DNA of 64,000 bases from a bacterium (GTDB lineage Bacteria > BMS3Abin14). Under the pieces are notes generated by a model. That model did not search any database. It worked only from the letters and a program-made list of their open reading frames with translations, and was not told where the DNA came from. Location: positions 1,515,404-1,579,403 of the forward strand of contig CP070719.1 in the NCBI GenBank assembly GCA_020350725.1, in the 5' to 3' direction. Each line of letters starts with the position of its first letter. Position 1 is the stretch's first letter. Both the position numbers and the translations under genes were made by a program. This document shows positions 21,901 to 30,730 of this stretch, in pieces.

Positions 21901-22407
21901 GCGGAAGGGCAGGAAGTCCGTGTGGCGGGCATCAAACAGAGTGTCAAGGAGATCAGCACGAAAAAAGGCGACAGGATGGCCTTTCTGACCCTTGAGGACC
22001 TCCACGGGAATGCGGAATTGGTGATCTTCTCGGATGTCTTCAAGGAGTCCACGGCTATCCTGGCCTCCGATCAGCCTATACTCGTCAAGGGTGTGGTGGA
22101 CTCCAACGGGGAAAAGCCCAAGATCAAGGTCCAGGAGATCGACCTCTTGGAGGAATACAGGAAAAAGGTGACCGAGGTCGTCCAGATCAATCTGTCCACC
22201 CTGGGCCTGTCAAGGGATGATCTCGATGTTCTGAGATCGATCCTGTTAAGGCACAGGGGTGACTGCCGGGTAAAGATAAGGCTGACCATCCCGACCAAAT
22301 CGGAAACGATCATCAGGGTGGGCGATGACCTCAGGGTGGACACATCGGAGGAGATGGTCAACGAAGTGGAGGGAAGGTTTGGGCACGGTTCAGTGACCTT
22401 CGCCTAG
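18931..22407 (+). CDS. dnaE: DNA polymerase III subunit alpha
   Basis: 1158 aa, PHP domain FVHLHVHTSYSLLDGA, polymerase core. Confidence 0.9.
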   Translation: MKHVDFVHLHVHTSYSLLDGACRVRELTDLAAKMRFPALAVTDHGAMFGVIDFYQSALRSGIKPIIGQEFYVAPGSRTERQPDGYGEVAYHVVLLARDLAGYQNLLKLSSESFQSGFYYKPRIDREILEQNHEGLIALSACLKGEVARRFLKGNEGEAVEAAAWYRDVFQDSYYLEIQHNGLEEQARANAGLAKIGTDLGVPLVATNDVHYLRRDDQRMHDVLLCIQTGKTVNDEDRMRMDAQELYLKSAEEMASHFREFPEALTNTLEVAERCNLEIPLGKTHLPHFPVPDDMTPQACLVREVREGFERRMESILSALAEDEREMVHTKYKTRLAKELETITEMGFAGYFLIVWDFIRYARDQGIPVGPGRGSAAGSLASYSLGITDINPIEYGLLFERFLNPERISLPDIDIDFCMDRRDEVLKYVSGKYGEDRVAQIITFGTMAARGAIRDVGRALDMNYAEVDRIAKMVPDIIGITLSKALEQEPQLREMMKKDKRVAELIELAQKIEGLQRHASTHAAGVVISDRPLNEYVPLFKGSKGEEVLTQYAMGDLEKVGLVKFDFLGLRTLTLLDNALTLANRRLEREGRPAISQEGLPLDDRTTYELLSRGDTDGVFQLESSGMKDLLVKMKPGSFEELIALVALYRPGPLGSGMVTDFINRKQGRQEITYDLPQLKGILEETYGVIVYQEQVIQIASEIAGYSLGEADLLRRAMGKKKPEEMERQLERFMDGAKKRDIPQAKAKKIFDTVVYFAGYGFNKSHSAAYALISYRTAYLKAHFPEEFMAALLTSEMDNSDKVTGHIGVCKEMGIKPLPPDINESEIPFSVVEGGIRFGLGAVKNVGLAALDEILRQRESEGAPFHSLEDFCARVDLRKVNRRVIESLIKSGAFDGFGGHRAQNLAALDGAIERGQKVQKDRANGQISMFDSAMEADPSHLLPEVEPWSEHLRLSYEKDSLGFYISGHPLDKYRADLDRYITTDLGKLGELAEGQEVRVAGIKQSVKEISTKKGDRMAFLTLEDLHGNAELVIFSDVFKESTAILASDQPILVKGVVDSNGEKPKIKVQEIDLLEEYRKKVTEVVQINLSTLGLSRDDLDVLRSILLRHRGDCRVKIRLTIPTKSETIIRVGDDLRVDTSEEMVNEVEGRFGHGSVTFA

Positions 22408-22575
22408 AGGACCGGTCCGGGTGGCAGGATACGGGTTTCAAGTTTCGGGCCTCAAGTGGTAAACTACAGTTTTATCGGTAGCTGAAAACGAGGTACCGGT
22501 AACAGGGTCCTGATCCAGCCCGGGGCATGGAACCTGGAGCCCGGAACTATATCATTTATATGAGGATCTTTTTCC

Positions 22576-23538
22576 ATGGTCGAATACTACCTTGATTTCG
22601 AAAAACCCGTTTACGAGCTGGAGCGGCGGATATCGGAGCTGAAACACATGGAGACGGAGGAGTCGGGTGTCGACCTGACGGACGATATCCAGAGGCTCGA
22701 GAAGAAGCTGGAAAAAATGCGCCACGAGGTATATTCCAAGCTGGGAAGATGGCAGAGGACCCTCATCGCCCGTCACCCGATGAGGCCCTATACGCTGGAT
22801 TTCATCGACCTGCTCGCCGATCGCTTCGTCGAGCTGCACGGGGACCGGTCCTACGCGGACGACAAATCCATCGTCGCTGGAGTGGGGACCTTCATGGGCG
22901 AGCCGCTGATGATCATCGGTCATCAGAAGGGGAGGAATACAAAGGAGAAGCTCATGAGGAACTTCGGGATGTCACATCCCGAAGGATACCGGAAAGCCCT
23001 CCGGCTGATGAAGCTGGCACAACAGTTTCACATCCCAATACTCACCCTCGTCGACACGCCCGGCGCCTTTCCGGGCATCGAGGCTGAGGAAAGGGGACAG
23101 GCTGAGGCCATAGCCCGGAATCTCATCGAGATGGCCGACCTGACCATCCCCATAGTGACGGTGATAACCGGCGAGGGCGGCAGCGGAGGAGCACTGGCTC
23201 TGGCGGTGGCCAACAGGGTTCTCATGATGGAGAACAGCATCTATTCCGTTATCTCGCCCGAGGGTTGCGCGGCCATCCTGTGGAAGAGCCAGGATTACGC
23301 CAAGGACGCCGCTGAGGCGATGAAGGTCACGGCCTCGGACAGCCTCGAGCTGGGGATTATCGACGAGATCGTCCCGGAACCCCTTGGCGGAGCCCATCGC
23401 GACTATCCCGCAGCTGCGGCAGCCATCGGCCAGGCCGTAAAGAGACATCTGGAAGAGCTGGGGAAACTGACTCCCGAGGAACTGGTCGAGGACAGGTGGC
23501 GCCGCTTCAGGAAGATAGGGGTTTTCCAGGGTCCCTGA
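22576..23538 (+). CDS. accA: acetyl-CoA carboxylase carboxyltransferase alpha
   Basis: near-collinear with E. coli AccA. Confidence 0.9.
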   Translation: MVEYYLDFEKPVYELERRISELKHMETEESGVDLTDDIQRLEKKLEKMRHEVYSKLGRWQRTLIARHPMRPYTLDFIDLLADRFVELHGDRSYADDKSIVAGVGTFMGEPLMIIGHQKGRNTKEKLMRNFGMSHPEGYRKALRLMKLAQQFHIPILTLVDTPGAFPGIEAEERGQAEAIARNLIEMADLTIPIVTVITGEGGSGGALALAVANRVLMMENSIYSVISPEGCAAILWKSQDYAKDAAEAMKVTASDSLELGIIDEIVPEPLGGAHRDYPAAAAAIGQAVKRHLEELGKLTPEELVEDRWRRFRKIGVFQGP

Positions 23539-23539
23539 T

Positions 23540-24376
23540 ATGGAGGCCGAACCGACAGTCGCCTACCTCGGGCCCGTTGCGACGTTCACCCATCAGGCGG
23601 CCAGGAAAGCCTTTGGCGACGGTGCCCGATATGTCCCGGCCGAAACCATCGAGGGCGTCTTCAATATGGTCAAGCTCGGCTTGGCCCAGAGGGGAGTCGT
23701 CCCGGTAGAGAATTCCAATGAGGGCGCCGTGACCTCCACCATGGATCTCCTGGTTGAGTCCTCGCTGGTGATCGTGGGTGAAGTCATCCTGCCCATAAGT
23801 CTCATGCTGTTATCCAGGGAACGGGTCACCGCCGGGATCAGGACCGTATACTCCCATCCCCAGGCTCTGGCGCAGTGCCGGAAATGGCTGACGAACAATC
23901 TTCCCGGGGCCGAACTCGTCGGGACAAGGAGCACAGCGGAAGCCGCAGCCCTCTGTCAGGCGGAGGGTGGGGCGGCTGCCGTCGCGGGGGAGATGGCCGG
24001 TGAACTCTATAATCTGCCGGTTTTGGAAAGAGACATCGGAGACTGGGAGGAGAATCTAACTCGCTTTCTCATCTTCTCTGAGGAATCGGTTCCCCCCTCC
24101 GGAAGCGATAAAACATCCCTCGTTTTCTCCATCAAGGATCGGGTGGGGGCGCTGTATGAGATGCTCAAGCCCTTCAGTGAAAACAGCATTAACCTCACCA
24201 GGATCGAATCGAGGCCGTCCAAGAAAAAGGCCTGGGACTATCTGTTCTTTGTCGATTTCGATGGGCACAGGGACGACAGGAGAGTGGAGGAAACCCTGGC
24301 GAAGCTCAGCGACCTGTGCATGTTCGTGAAGGTTCTGGGGTCGTATCCAAAAGGTACCGTTGAAAATAGCGGATGA
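23540..24376 (+). CDS. pheA: prephenate dehydratase (PDT+ACT, no CM domain)
   Basis: VAYLGPVATFTHQAA, ACT tail. Confidence 0.85.
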   Translation: MEAEPTVAYLGPVATFTHQAARKAFGDGARYVPAETIEGVFNMVKLGLAQRGVVPVENSNEGAVTSTMDLLVESSLVIVGEVILPISLMLLSRERVTAGIRTVYSHPQALAQCRKWLTNNLPGAELVGTRSTAEAAALCQAEGGAAAVAGEMAGELYNLPVLERDIGDWEENLTRFLIFSEESVPPSGSDKTSLVFSIKDRVGALYEMLKPFSENSINLTRIESRPSKKKAWDYLFFVDFDGHRDDRRVEETLAKLSDLCMFVKVLGSYPKGTVENSG

Positions 24377-24492
24377 TTTCAGCGCTCCCAGTGTCTGGGG
24401 CAAGGGGCAAATTACCAAGAGCCGAATCCTTAGCTCTTATACACCTGGAACTTACCACTCAGTACTTTGATCTGAAAGATTAGAGGATATCC

Positions 24493-25599
24493 ATGCCACA
24501 GAAAATATTCAAACCCGCGCACAGCTCCGTCGAGGACCTTGTTCCGTATCAGACGGGTAAGCCCATCGAGGAGGTGGCCCGGGAAAAGGGTCTGTCGAAG
24601 ATCGTCAAGTTGGCCTCCAACGAGAACCCTCTGGGCATGTCGGATCGAGCGCTCGAGGCCATGAGGAGGGCAGCTGCCGATGTGAACCGGTACCCGGACG
24701 GCGGCACCTACGTCCTGAAGAAACTCGTCGCGGACAGGCACGGTGTACCGGATGGAAATATCGTTCTGGGCAACGGGTCCAACGAGATCCTGGAACTGCT
24801 GACTCAACTTCTTCTAGGCAACGGCGATGAGACGCTGTATGCCTGGCCCGCATTCATCGTCTATCGTTTGGCGACCCTTGCCCACGGTTCGAGGGGGGTG
24901 GAGGTTCCCCTGGATAAGGAGCTGCGCCACGACCTGGGGGCAATGCGTGATGCGATAACCTCCCGAACCAGGATCGTCTTCATAGCCAACCCCAACAATC
25001 CGACCGGTACCTACGTGAACGGCACCCAGCTTGAGGATTTCATAGCCGCCCTGCCGCCCCACGTTCTCCTGGTCCTCGACGAGGCCTACTTTGAATACGC
25101 TGCAGGTCTGGACGGCTTTCCCGACGGCGTGGAGCTGTTCAAGGAAGGACGGCCAATTGTCGTAACGAGGACCTTCTCGAAGGCATTCGGTCTGGCCGGG
25201 CTCAGGGTCGGATACGCGGTGATGCCCGAACCCCTCGTCCAGCTGATAAACCGCATCAGACAGCCTTTTAACGTCAACAGCGTCGCTCAGGCCGCCGCCG
25301 CCGCGGCCCTCGAGGATGAAGAGTTCATCCAGCGCGCCGTTCAATTGAACCGGGCGGAGATGGACCGCCTGAGCAGGGCACTGGAGGACATCGGCCTGAT
25401 GACGACACCTTCGGCGGCCAACTTCCTCCTTATCCACCTCGCCGGAAGGGACGGTGGGGAGGTCTACAACGGGCTCCTCGACAGGGGTGTTATCGTAAGG
25501 CCCATGGCGGGGTACGGATTGCCGCAGACGATCAGGGTGACGATAGGCCTGCCCGAGGAGAACGATATCTTTTTTAAGGCGTTAATGGAAATATTATGA
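24493..25599 (+). CDS. hisC: histidinol-phosphate aminotransferase
   Basis: KLASNENPLG, class II aminotransferase. Confidence 0.85.
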   Translation: MPQKIFKPAHSSVEDLVPYQTGKPIEEVAREKGLSKIVKLASNENPLGMSDRALEAMRRAAADVNRYPDGGTYVLKKLVADRHGVPDGNIVLGNGSNEILELLTQLLLGNGDETLYAWPAFIVYRLATLAHGSRGVEVPLDKELRHDLGAMRDAITSRTRIVFIANPNNPTGTYVNGTQLEDFIAALPPHVLLVLDEAYFEYAAGLDGFPDGVELFKEGRPIVVTRTFSKAFGLAGLRVGYAVMPEPLVQLINRIRQPFNVNSVAQAAAAAALEDEEFIQRAVQLNRAEMDRLSRALEDIGLMTTPSAANFLLIHLAGRDGGEVYNGLLDRGVIVRPMAGYGLPQTIRVTIGLPEENDIFFKALMEIL

Positions 25600-25806
25600 G
25601 GAAACGCGGAAATTCGATCATCAGAGCATGGGAAATTAGAAAATCGGACAGTTCATATTCCGAAGCCCATGTTCCAATCCTCCGGTTTCTATTTTCTGAT
25701 ATCTACTTTCCCAACAGGCAGCGTTGATCCTCCCGTTTTCAACAGAGACCTGATGATTCAATACATGAAACGGTAACTGCAGTAAGGAAAATATGAGGAC
25801 AATTCC

Positions 25807-26820
25807 ATGATCATCGTACTGAAACCGGGATCGACACAGTCCGATATCGACTATGTCTCCGAAAAACTGCACGAGAAGGGCCTGAAGGTACACGTCTCCA
25901 AGGGAGAGGAAAGGACCATCATCGGCGCCATAGGCGACGAGAGGATCCTGAGGGAGGCCTCTCTTGCCGCCTACCCTGCCGTCGAGAAGATACTGCCTAT
26001 CCTGAAACCCTTCAAGCTGGCCAGCCGCGATTTTCAGAGGGAAAACTCCAGGGTACAGATCGGTGACCTGACCATCGGTGATGACGAAGTGAGGATCATG
26101 GCCGGACCGTGCAGCGTCGAGACCCGCGAGGGACTCCTCCAGGTCGCGCGCGCCGTTAAAGCGGCCGGCGGGACCTTTCTCAGAGGCGGAGCATTCAAAC
26201 CGAGATCGTCTCCCTATGCTTTCCAGGGCCTTGGCGAGGAGGGCCTCAAGTACCTCGCCGAGGCGAGGGAGGAAACCGGGCTGTACGTGATCACGGAGCT
26301 CATGGATCCCAGGGACACGGAATTGGTGTACCGTTACGCCGACATCATCCAGATCGGAGCGCGGAACATGTCCAACTTCACCCTGCTCAAGGAGGTCGGC
26401 AGGGTTGACAAGCCCGTCCTGTTGAAACGGGGCCTGTCCGCTACCGTTAAGGAGCTTCTTATGTCTGCGGAGTACATCCTGCACGAGGGAAACAGGAAGG
26501 TCATCCTCTGTGAGAGGGGAGTCAGGACCTTCGAGACGGAAACCCGAAACACATTGGACCTCTCCGCGGTCCCCCTGGTCAAGGATATGAGCCACCTGCC
26601 GATCGTAGTGGATCCCAGCCACGGAGTCGGTCGGTCGGACCTCGTCTCCCCGATGTGCCTTGCCGCCGTCGCGGCCGGGGCCGACGGGCTCCTGATCGAG
26701 ATCCACGAGAATCCCGAGGAGGCCCTGTGCGACGGGCCTCAGTCCCTTCGCCTGTCCGAGTTTGCAGAGCTCATGGTGAGGGTAAAATCCCTCATTGAGG
26801 CTTTGGGAAGGAAACTTTGA
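25807..26820 (+). CDS. 3-deoxy-7-phosphoheptulonate (DAHP) synthase, type I-beta with N-terminal regulatory domain
   Basis: IMAGPCSVE... KDO8PS/DAHPS fold. Confidence 0.85.
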   Translation: MIIVLKPGSTQSDIDYVSEKLHEKGLKVHVSKGEERTIIGAIGDERILREASLAAYPAVEKILPILKPFKLASRDFQRENSRVQIGDLTIGDDEVRIMAGPCSVETREGLLQVARAVKAAGGTFLRGGAFKPRSSPYAFQGLGEEGLKYLAEAREETGLYVITELMDPRDTELVYRYADIIQIGARNMSNFTLLKEVGRVDKPVLLKRGLSATVKELLMSAEYILHEGNRKVILCERGVRTFETETRNTLDLSAVPLVKDMSHLPIVVDPSHGVGRSDLVSPMCLAAVAAGADGLLIEIHENPEEALCDGPQSLRLSEFAELMVRVKSLIEALGRKL

Positions 26821-27677
26821 AGGATACCGCGTCAGCCCCGCTTTTCGACACCGTATGTGTGGTTGGACTGGGCCTCATAGGGGGATCCCTCGCCCTGGAT
26901 ATGCGAGAGCGAGGCCTTGCCAGGTCGGTGGTGGGCCGCGACGCCGACGAGGGCTTCCTGGCCACCGCGGTGGAGCGGGGGATCATTGACAGAGGCCTTT
27001 CCCCATCCACCGCTGGCATGGGTGGCTGCGATCTCGTTGTGCTGGCTGTACCCGTTCTGACCATCATCGAGATGCTGGAGGAGGGATTCGAGCCGGGGAC
27101 GCTGGTCACCGACGTAGGAAGTGTCAAGGGACCGCTCGTTGAGGCATTCCGCCGCTGCCGGGAAAGGGGCGGCGAATACCGTTACGTCCCCGGACATCCC
27201 ATCGCCGGAGACGAGAAATCCGGTCCCACAGCGGCCAGGACGGGGCTCTTCGAAGGGGCCAGGGTCATCCTCACACCCGTAGAGCGCGGCGACGATGAGG
27301 AAAAAATATCTTCCCTCTGGACCGGCGTGGGTTCCCACGTCGACTTCATGGACCCACTGGAACATGATGCCATCTTCGCCTGGGTAAGCCATCTCCCCCA
27401 TTTGGCCGCATACAGCATCGTCCATGCGGTTCTTGACAAGGATCCCGGCTGGATCTCCCTGTCAGGAGGGGGACTGAAGGATTACACCCGGGTGGCGGCC
27501 AGCAGCCCCAGGATGTGGGCCGACATCGCCTTGGCCAACAGGGAATTCCTCCTGGAGGCGCTAAGGGGATACAGGCACAGCGTCGACCGGATTTACGAGG
27601 CAATAGCTTCTTCGGACAGAGATGGCCTCGAGGACCTTTTTGCCGGCATCGCGTCGGTGCGCAGGGGGATGAGGTGA
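26817..27677 (+). CDS. tyrA: prephenate dehydrogenase
   Basis: VGLGLIGGSLALD Rossmann, overlaps neighbours. Confidence 0.8.
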   Translation: MKDTASAPLFDTVCVVGLGLIGGSLALDMRERGLARSVVGRDADEGFLATAVERGIIDRGLSPSTAGMGGCDLVVLAVPVLTIIEMLEEGFEPGTLVTDVGSVKGPLVEAFRRCRERGGEYRYVPGHPIAGDEKSGPTAARTGLFEGARVILTPVERGDDEEKISSLWTGVGSHVDFMDPLEHDAIFAWVSHLPHLAAYSIVHAVLDKDPGWISLSGGGLKDYTRVAASSPRMWADIALANREFLLEALRGYRHSVDRIYEAIASSDRDGLEDLFAGIASVRRGMR

Positions 27678-28978
27678 ACTGGAGAATTACCCCGGCGGGT
27701 CCTCTTCATGGCCGGATTGAGGTTCCCGGGGACAAGTCCATTACCCACAGGGCATATATTTTCGGTGCCGTCGGGGAGGGACCCACCGTCGTCACCGGGC
27801 CTCTGAGGGCCGAGGACACGGACAATACCCTCCGGGCCGTGGTTCACCTGGGCGTCCAGGTCGAGGATCTGGGGGAAAAGGTGATCATCAACGGAACCGG
27901 GCCCTCCGGCCTCCGCGAACCCGGGGATGTCCTCGACCTGGGAAATTCAGGCACTGCGGTCAGACTGCTGGCCGGTCTATTGGCGGGCTGCCCCTTCATG
28001 TCCATTCTTACCGGCGACGCCTCCCTGCGCAGGCGACCCATGGCCCGAATAGCTGATCCATTGAGGTCCATGGGCGCCCTGGTCGACGGAAGGGAGAATG
28101 GGAACCTCCTGCCCCTCACGATCAGAGGAGGAGGTCTCACCGGGATCGAATACCATTCCTCTGTGGCCAGCGCCCAGGTCAAGTCGTGCGTTCTCCTGGC
28201 CGGCCTGCAGGCATCCGGCAGAACCGTCTTCAGGGAACCCTCCCTGAGCCGGGATCACACCGAGAGGATATTGCGCAGAATGGGTGTCAGGCTGGTCGAG
28301 GGCGGCGAGGGACTTTCCCTCGAGGGGGGGCAGGTCCCCAGAGGTTGCGGAATAGACGTTCCGGGGGACATCTCCTCAGCGGCCTTCTTCATGGTTGCTG
28401 CCAGCACGGTCAGGGAATCGGACGTCGCGATCGGCAACGTCGGGGTCAATCCCACGAGAACAGGGATCGTTCGCCTCCTCGAATCCATGGCGGCGGATAT
28501 CGAGGTCCGGGAGAGAACGGACGATCATGAGCCCGTCGCCGACATCCGCGTCAGGGGGTCGAGGGCCTTACAGGGCATCGAGGTGCCGCCGGAATGGATC
28601 CCCTCCATTATCGACGAACTGCCTCTTGCCGCCGTCGCAGCCGCCGCCGCGGAGGGAACGACGGTCATCAGGGGGGCCGCTGAGCTCAGGGTCAAGGAGT
28701 CTGACAGGATCAGGACCACCGTTCAGATGCTCAGAGGGGCCGGAATAACCATCGAGGAGCTCGATGACGGTTTCATCGTCCATGGCGGAGCCAGGGTCCG
28801 TGCGGCCTGTTTCGACAGCGGGGGTGACCACCGTATCGCCATGGCCTCTGCGATCCTCTCCCTCATGGCTGGTTCTCCCAGTGAGGTGACCGATACGTCC
28901 TGCGTCTCGACCTCATTCAGAGAGTTCCCGGAGACGTTGAACGCCCTTGCCCCCGGGTCGGTGACCGAACACTCCTGA
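27674..28978 (+). CDS. aroA: 3-phosphoshikimate 1-carboxyvinyltransferase (EPSP synthase)
   Basis: GTG start overlapping tyrA stop; LDLGNSGTAVRLLAG. Confidence 0.85.
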   Translation: MNWRITPAGPLHGRIEVPGDKSITHRAYIFGAVGEGPTVVTGPLRAEDTDNTLRAVVHLGVQVEDLGEKVIINGTGPSGLREPGDVLDLGNSGTAVRLLAGLLAGCPFMSILTGDASLRRRPMARIADPLRSMGALVDGRENGNLLPLTIRGGGLTGIEYHSSVASAQVKSCVLLAGLQASGRTVFREPSLSRDHTERILRRMGVRLVEGGEGLSLEGGQVPRGCGIDVPGDISSAAFFMVAASTVRESDVAIGNVGVNPTRTGIVRLLESMAADIEVRERTDDHEPVADIRVRGSRALQGIEVPPEWIPSIIDELPLAAVAAAAAEGTTVIRGAAELRVKESDRIRTTVQMLRGAGITIEELDDGFIVHGGARVRAACFDSGGDHRIAMASAILSLMAGSPSEVTDTSCVSTSFREFPETLNALAPGSVTEHS

Positions 28979-28985
28979 GGTCTTC

Positions 28986-29669
28986 ATGAAGCAGATCGTC
29001 GCTATCGATGGACCTTCGGGTGCGGGCAAGAGCACCCTGGCAAGGGAACTGGCAAAGCGGCTCGGTTACCAGCACCTTGACACAGGGGCCATGTACAGGG
29101 CTGTGGCAGTGGCCGCCAGGCGCGCCGGAGTGGGTTTGGACGATAGCCGGGGCCTGAACCGGCTCTGCAAAAACATCGAGATCAGATTCGAACACTCATC
29201 CGGTGGGAACAGGGTCCTGCTGAACGGGGAGGACGTCTCCCGGATTATCAGGACCCCTGAGATGAGCAGCGCCTCCTCGGCGGTTTCGGCCGTAAGCGAG
29301 GTAAGGTTGCATATGGTGCGTCTGCAGAGAAAACTGGGCCGGGGCGGAGGTGTTGTCGCCGAGGGAAGGGATATCGGGACGGTCGTCTTTCCCGATACCA
29401 GGGCCAAATTCTACCTCGACGCATCCGTTGAGGAACGGGCAAGGAGACGCTGGCTCGAGCTGAAGAAGAAGGGCATGGCGGAACCCTTTGACAGGGTCCT
29501 TGCCGACATCGAGAAAAGGGACCGGGATGATTCCACCCGGGTCGATTCACCCCTCAGGAGAGCCGAAGACGCTATTTACGTCGATTCGACCTCCATGGGC
29601 CCGGAGGAGGTCCTGAATCTGATATGCCGGGTGGTTAAGGATCTGGAAGGCGGCGATGAGAACAATTAA
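28986..29669 (+). CDS. cmk: cytidylate kinase
   Basis: IAIDGPSGAGKSTLAR. Confidence 0.9.
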   Translation: MKQIVAIDGPSGAGKSTLARELAKRLGYQHLDTGAMYRAVAVAARRAGVGLDDSRGLNRLCKNIEIRFEHSSGGNRVLLNGEDVSRIIRTPEMSSASSAVSAVSEVRLHMVRLQRKLGRGGGVVAEGRDIGTVVFPDTRAKFYLDASVEERARRRWLELKKKGMAEPFDRVLADIEKRDRDDSTRVDSPLRRAEDAIYVDSTSMGPEEVLNLICRVVKDLEGGDENN

Positions 29670-30495
29670 GGTCGCGTCGACGGGCGGATTCTGCTTTGGT
29701 GTCGAGCGGGCCGTCAAGCTGGCGGTATCGGCGCTCAGGGACGGGCCGGGCCCCGTGCACACTTTGGGTCCCATTATCCACAATCCACAGGAGGTTCGGC
29801 GTCTCGAGTCGATGGGCCTTAAGATGGCCGGCAAAGTCGAGGACGTATCTGTCGGCACCGTCATCATCAGATCCCACGGCGCCCCTAAGGAGGTCGTCCA
29901 GGACCTTAAGGCGGGGAGCCTGCAGGTGGTGGATGCCACCTGTCCGTTCGTCAACAGGCTGCGGGACAGGGTGATCTCCCTGGGTGAGGAAGGCTATCAG
30001 GTGATCATCGTGGGGCAGTCCGACCACCCTGAAGTCATGTCCATCCTGAGCTACGCTCCGGACGGCAGCCTGGTGGTGCAGAGCGTGGAAGAGCTTGCCG
30101 AGAAAGGCAGCCTCCGATCCAGGGTAGGGGTCGTGGCCCAGACGACCCATTCCATTGAAAACCTCCAGCGGGTGGCCGCCTACTGCGTCGGCGTCTGCTC
30201 CGAAGTCAAGGCGTACCGGACTACCTGCCAGGCTACCCAGACGCGTATGCAGGAGGCCCTTGCCCTGGCCAGAGAGGTCGATGTCATGATCGTGGTGGGC
30301 GGACGAAACAGCGCCAACACGACGAGACTGACGGAGGCGGCAGGTCGAGAGGGAACGCCCACCTACCACATCGAGAGCGCCGCTGAGATAGAGGCCCTCA
30401 GCCTGCCGGTTGATGCCGTCATCGGCGTTACCGCGGGTGCCTCGACTCCCTCCTGGGTGATTGAGGAGGTCGTCCAAACCCTCCAGGCGCAGTAA
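29656..30495 (+). CDS. ispH: 4-hydroxy-3-methylbut-2-enyl diphosphate reductase
   Basis: LytB family, conserved Cys/His. Confidence 0.85.
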   Translation: MRTIKVASTGGFCFGVERAVKLAVSALRDGPGPVHTLGPIIHNPQEVRRLESMGLKMAGKVEDVSVGTVIIRSHGAPKEVVQDLKAGSLQVVDATCPFVNRLRDRVISLGEEGYQVIIVGQSDHPEVMSILSYAPDGSLVVQSVEELAEKGSLRSRVGVVAQTTHSIENLQRVAAYCVGVCSEVKAYRTTCQATQTRMQEALALAREVDVMIVVGGRNSANTTRLTEAAGREGTPTYHIESAAEIEALSLPVDAVIGVTAGASTPSWVIEEVVQTLQAQ

Positions 30496-30656
30496 ATTCC
30501 AGTCTCATCGGACCATGCTTCACCCCCGTCGAGGAGGTATGACCACCCGAAGGGGACGCCCGCCATCGTCCGCCGGACGGGGTCGGAGGCGGCCGTTCCG
30601 GAAAGCGGGTTCGGTCAGAAGGCCCTAAATTATTGGATTTTCGGTGGGGGTACCGA

Positions 30657-30685
30657 TTGACATGCCACCGCAAATATAGGATAAT
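30657..30685 (+). promoter_or_regulatory. sigma70 promoter TTGACA-N17-GATAAT for rpsA
   Basis: read from sequence. Confidence 0.5.
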
Positions 30686-30730
30686 CCGCCACCGTTCGAC
30701 CAAGAAACTGCTAAGGAGGAATGCCGAAGA

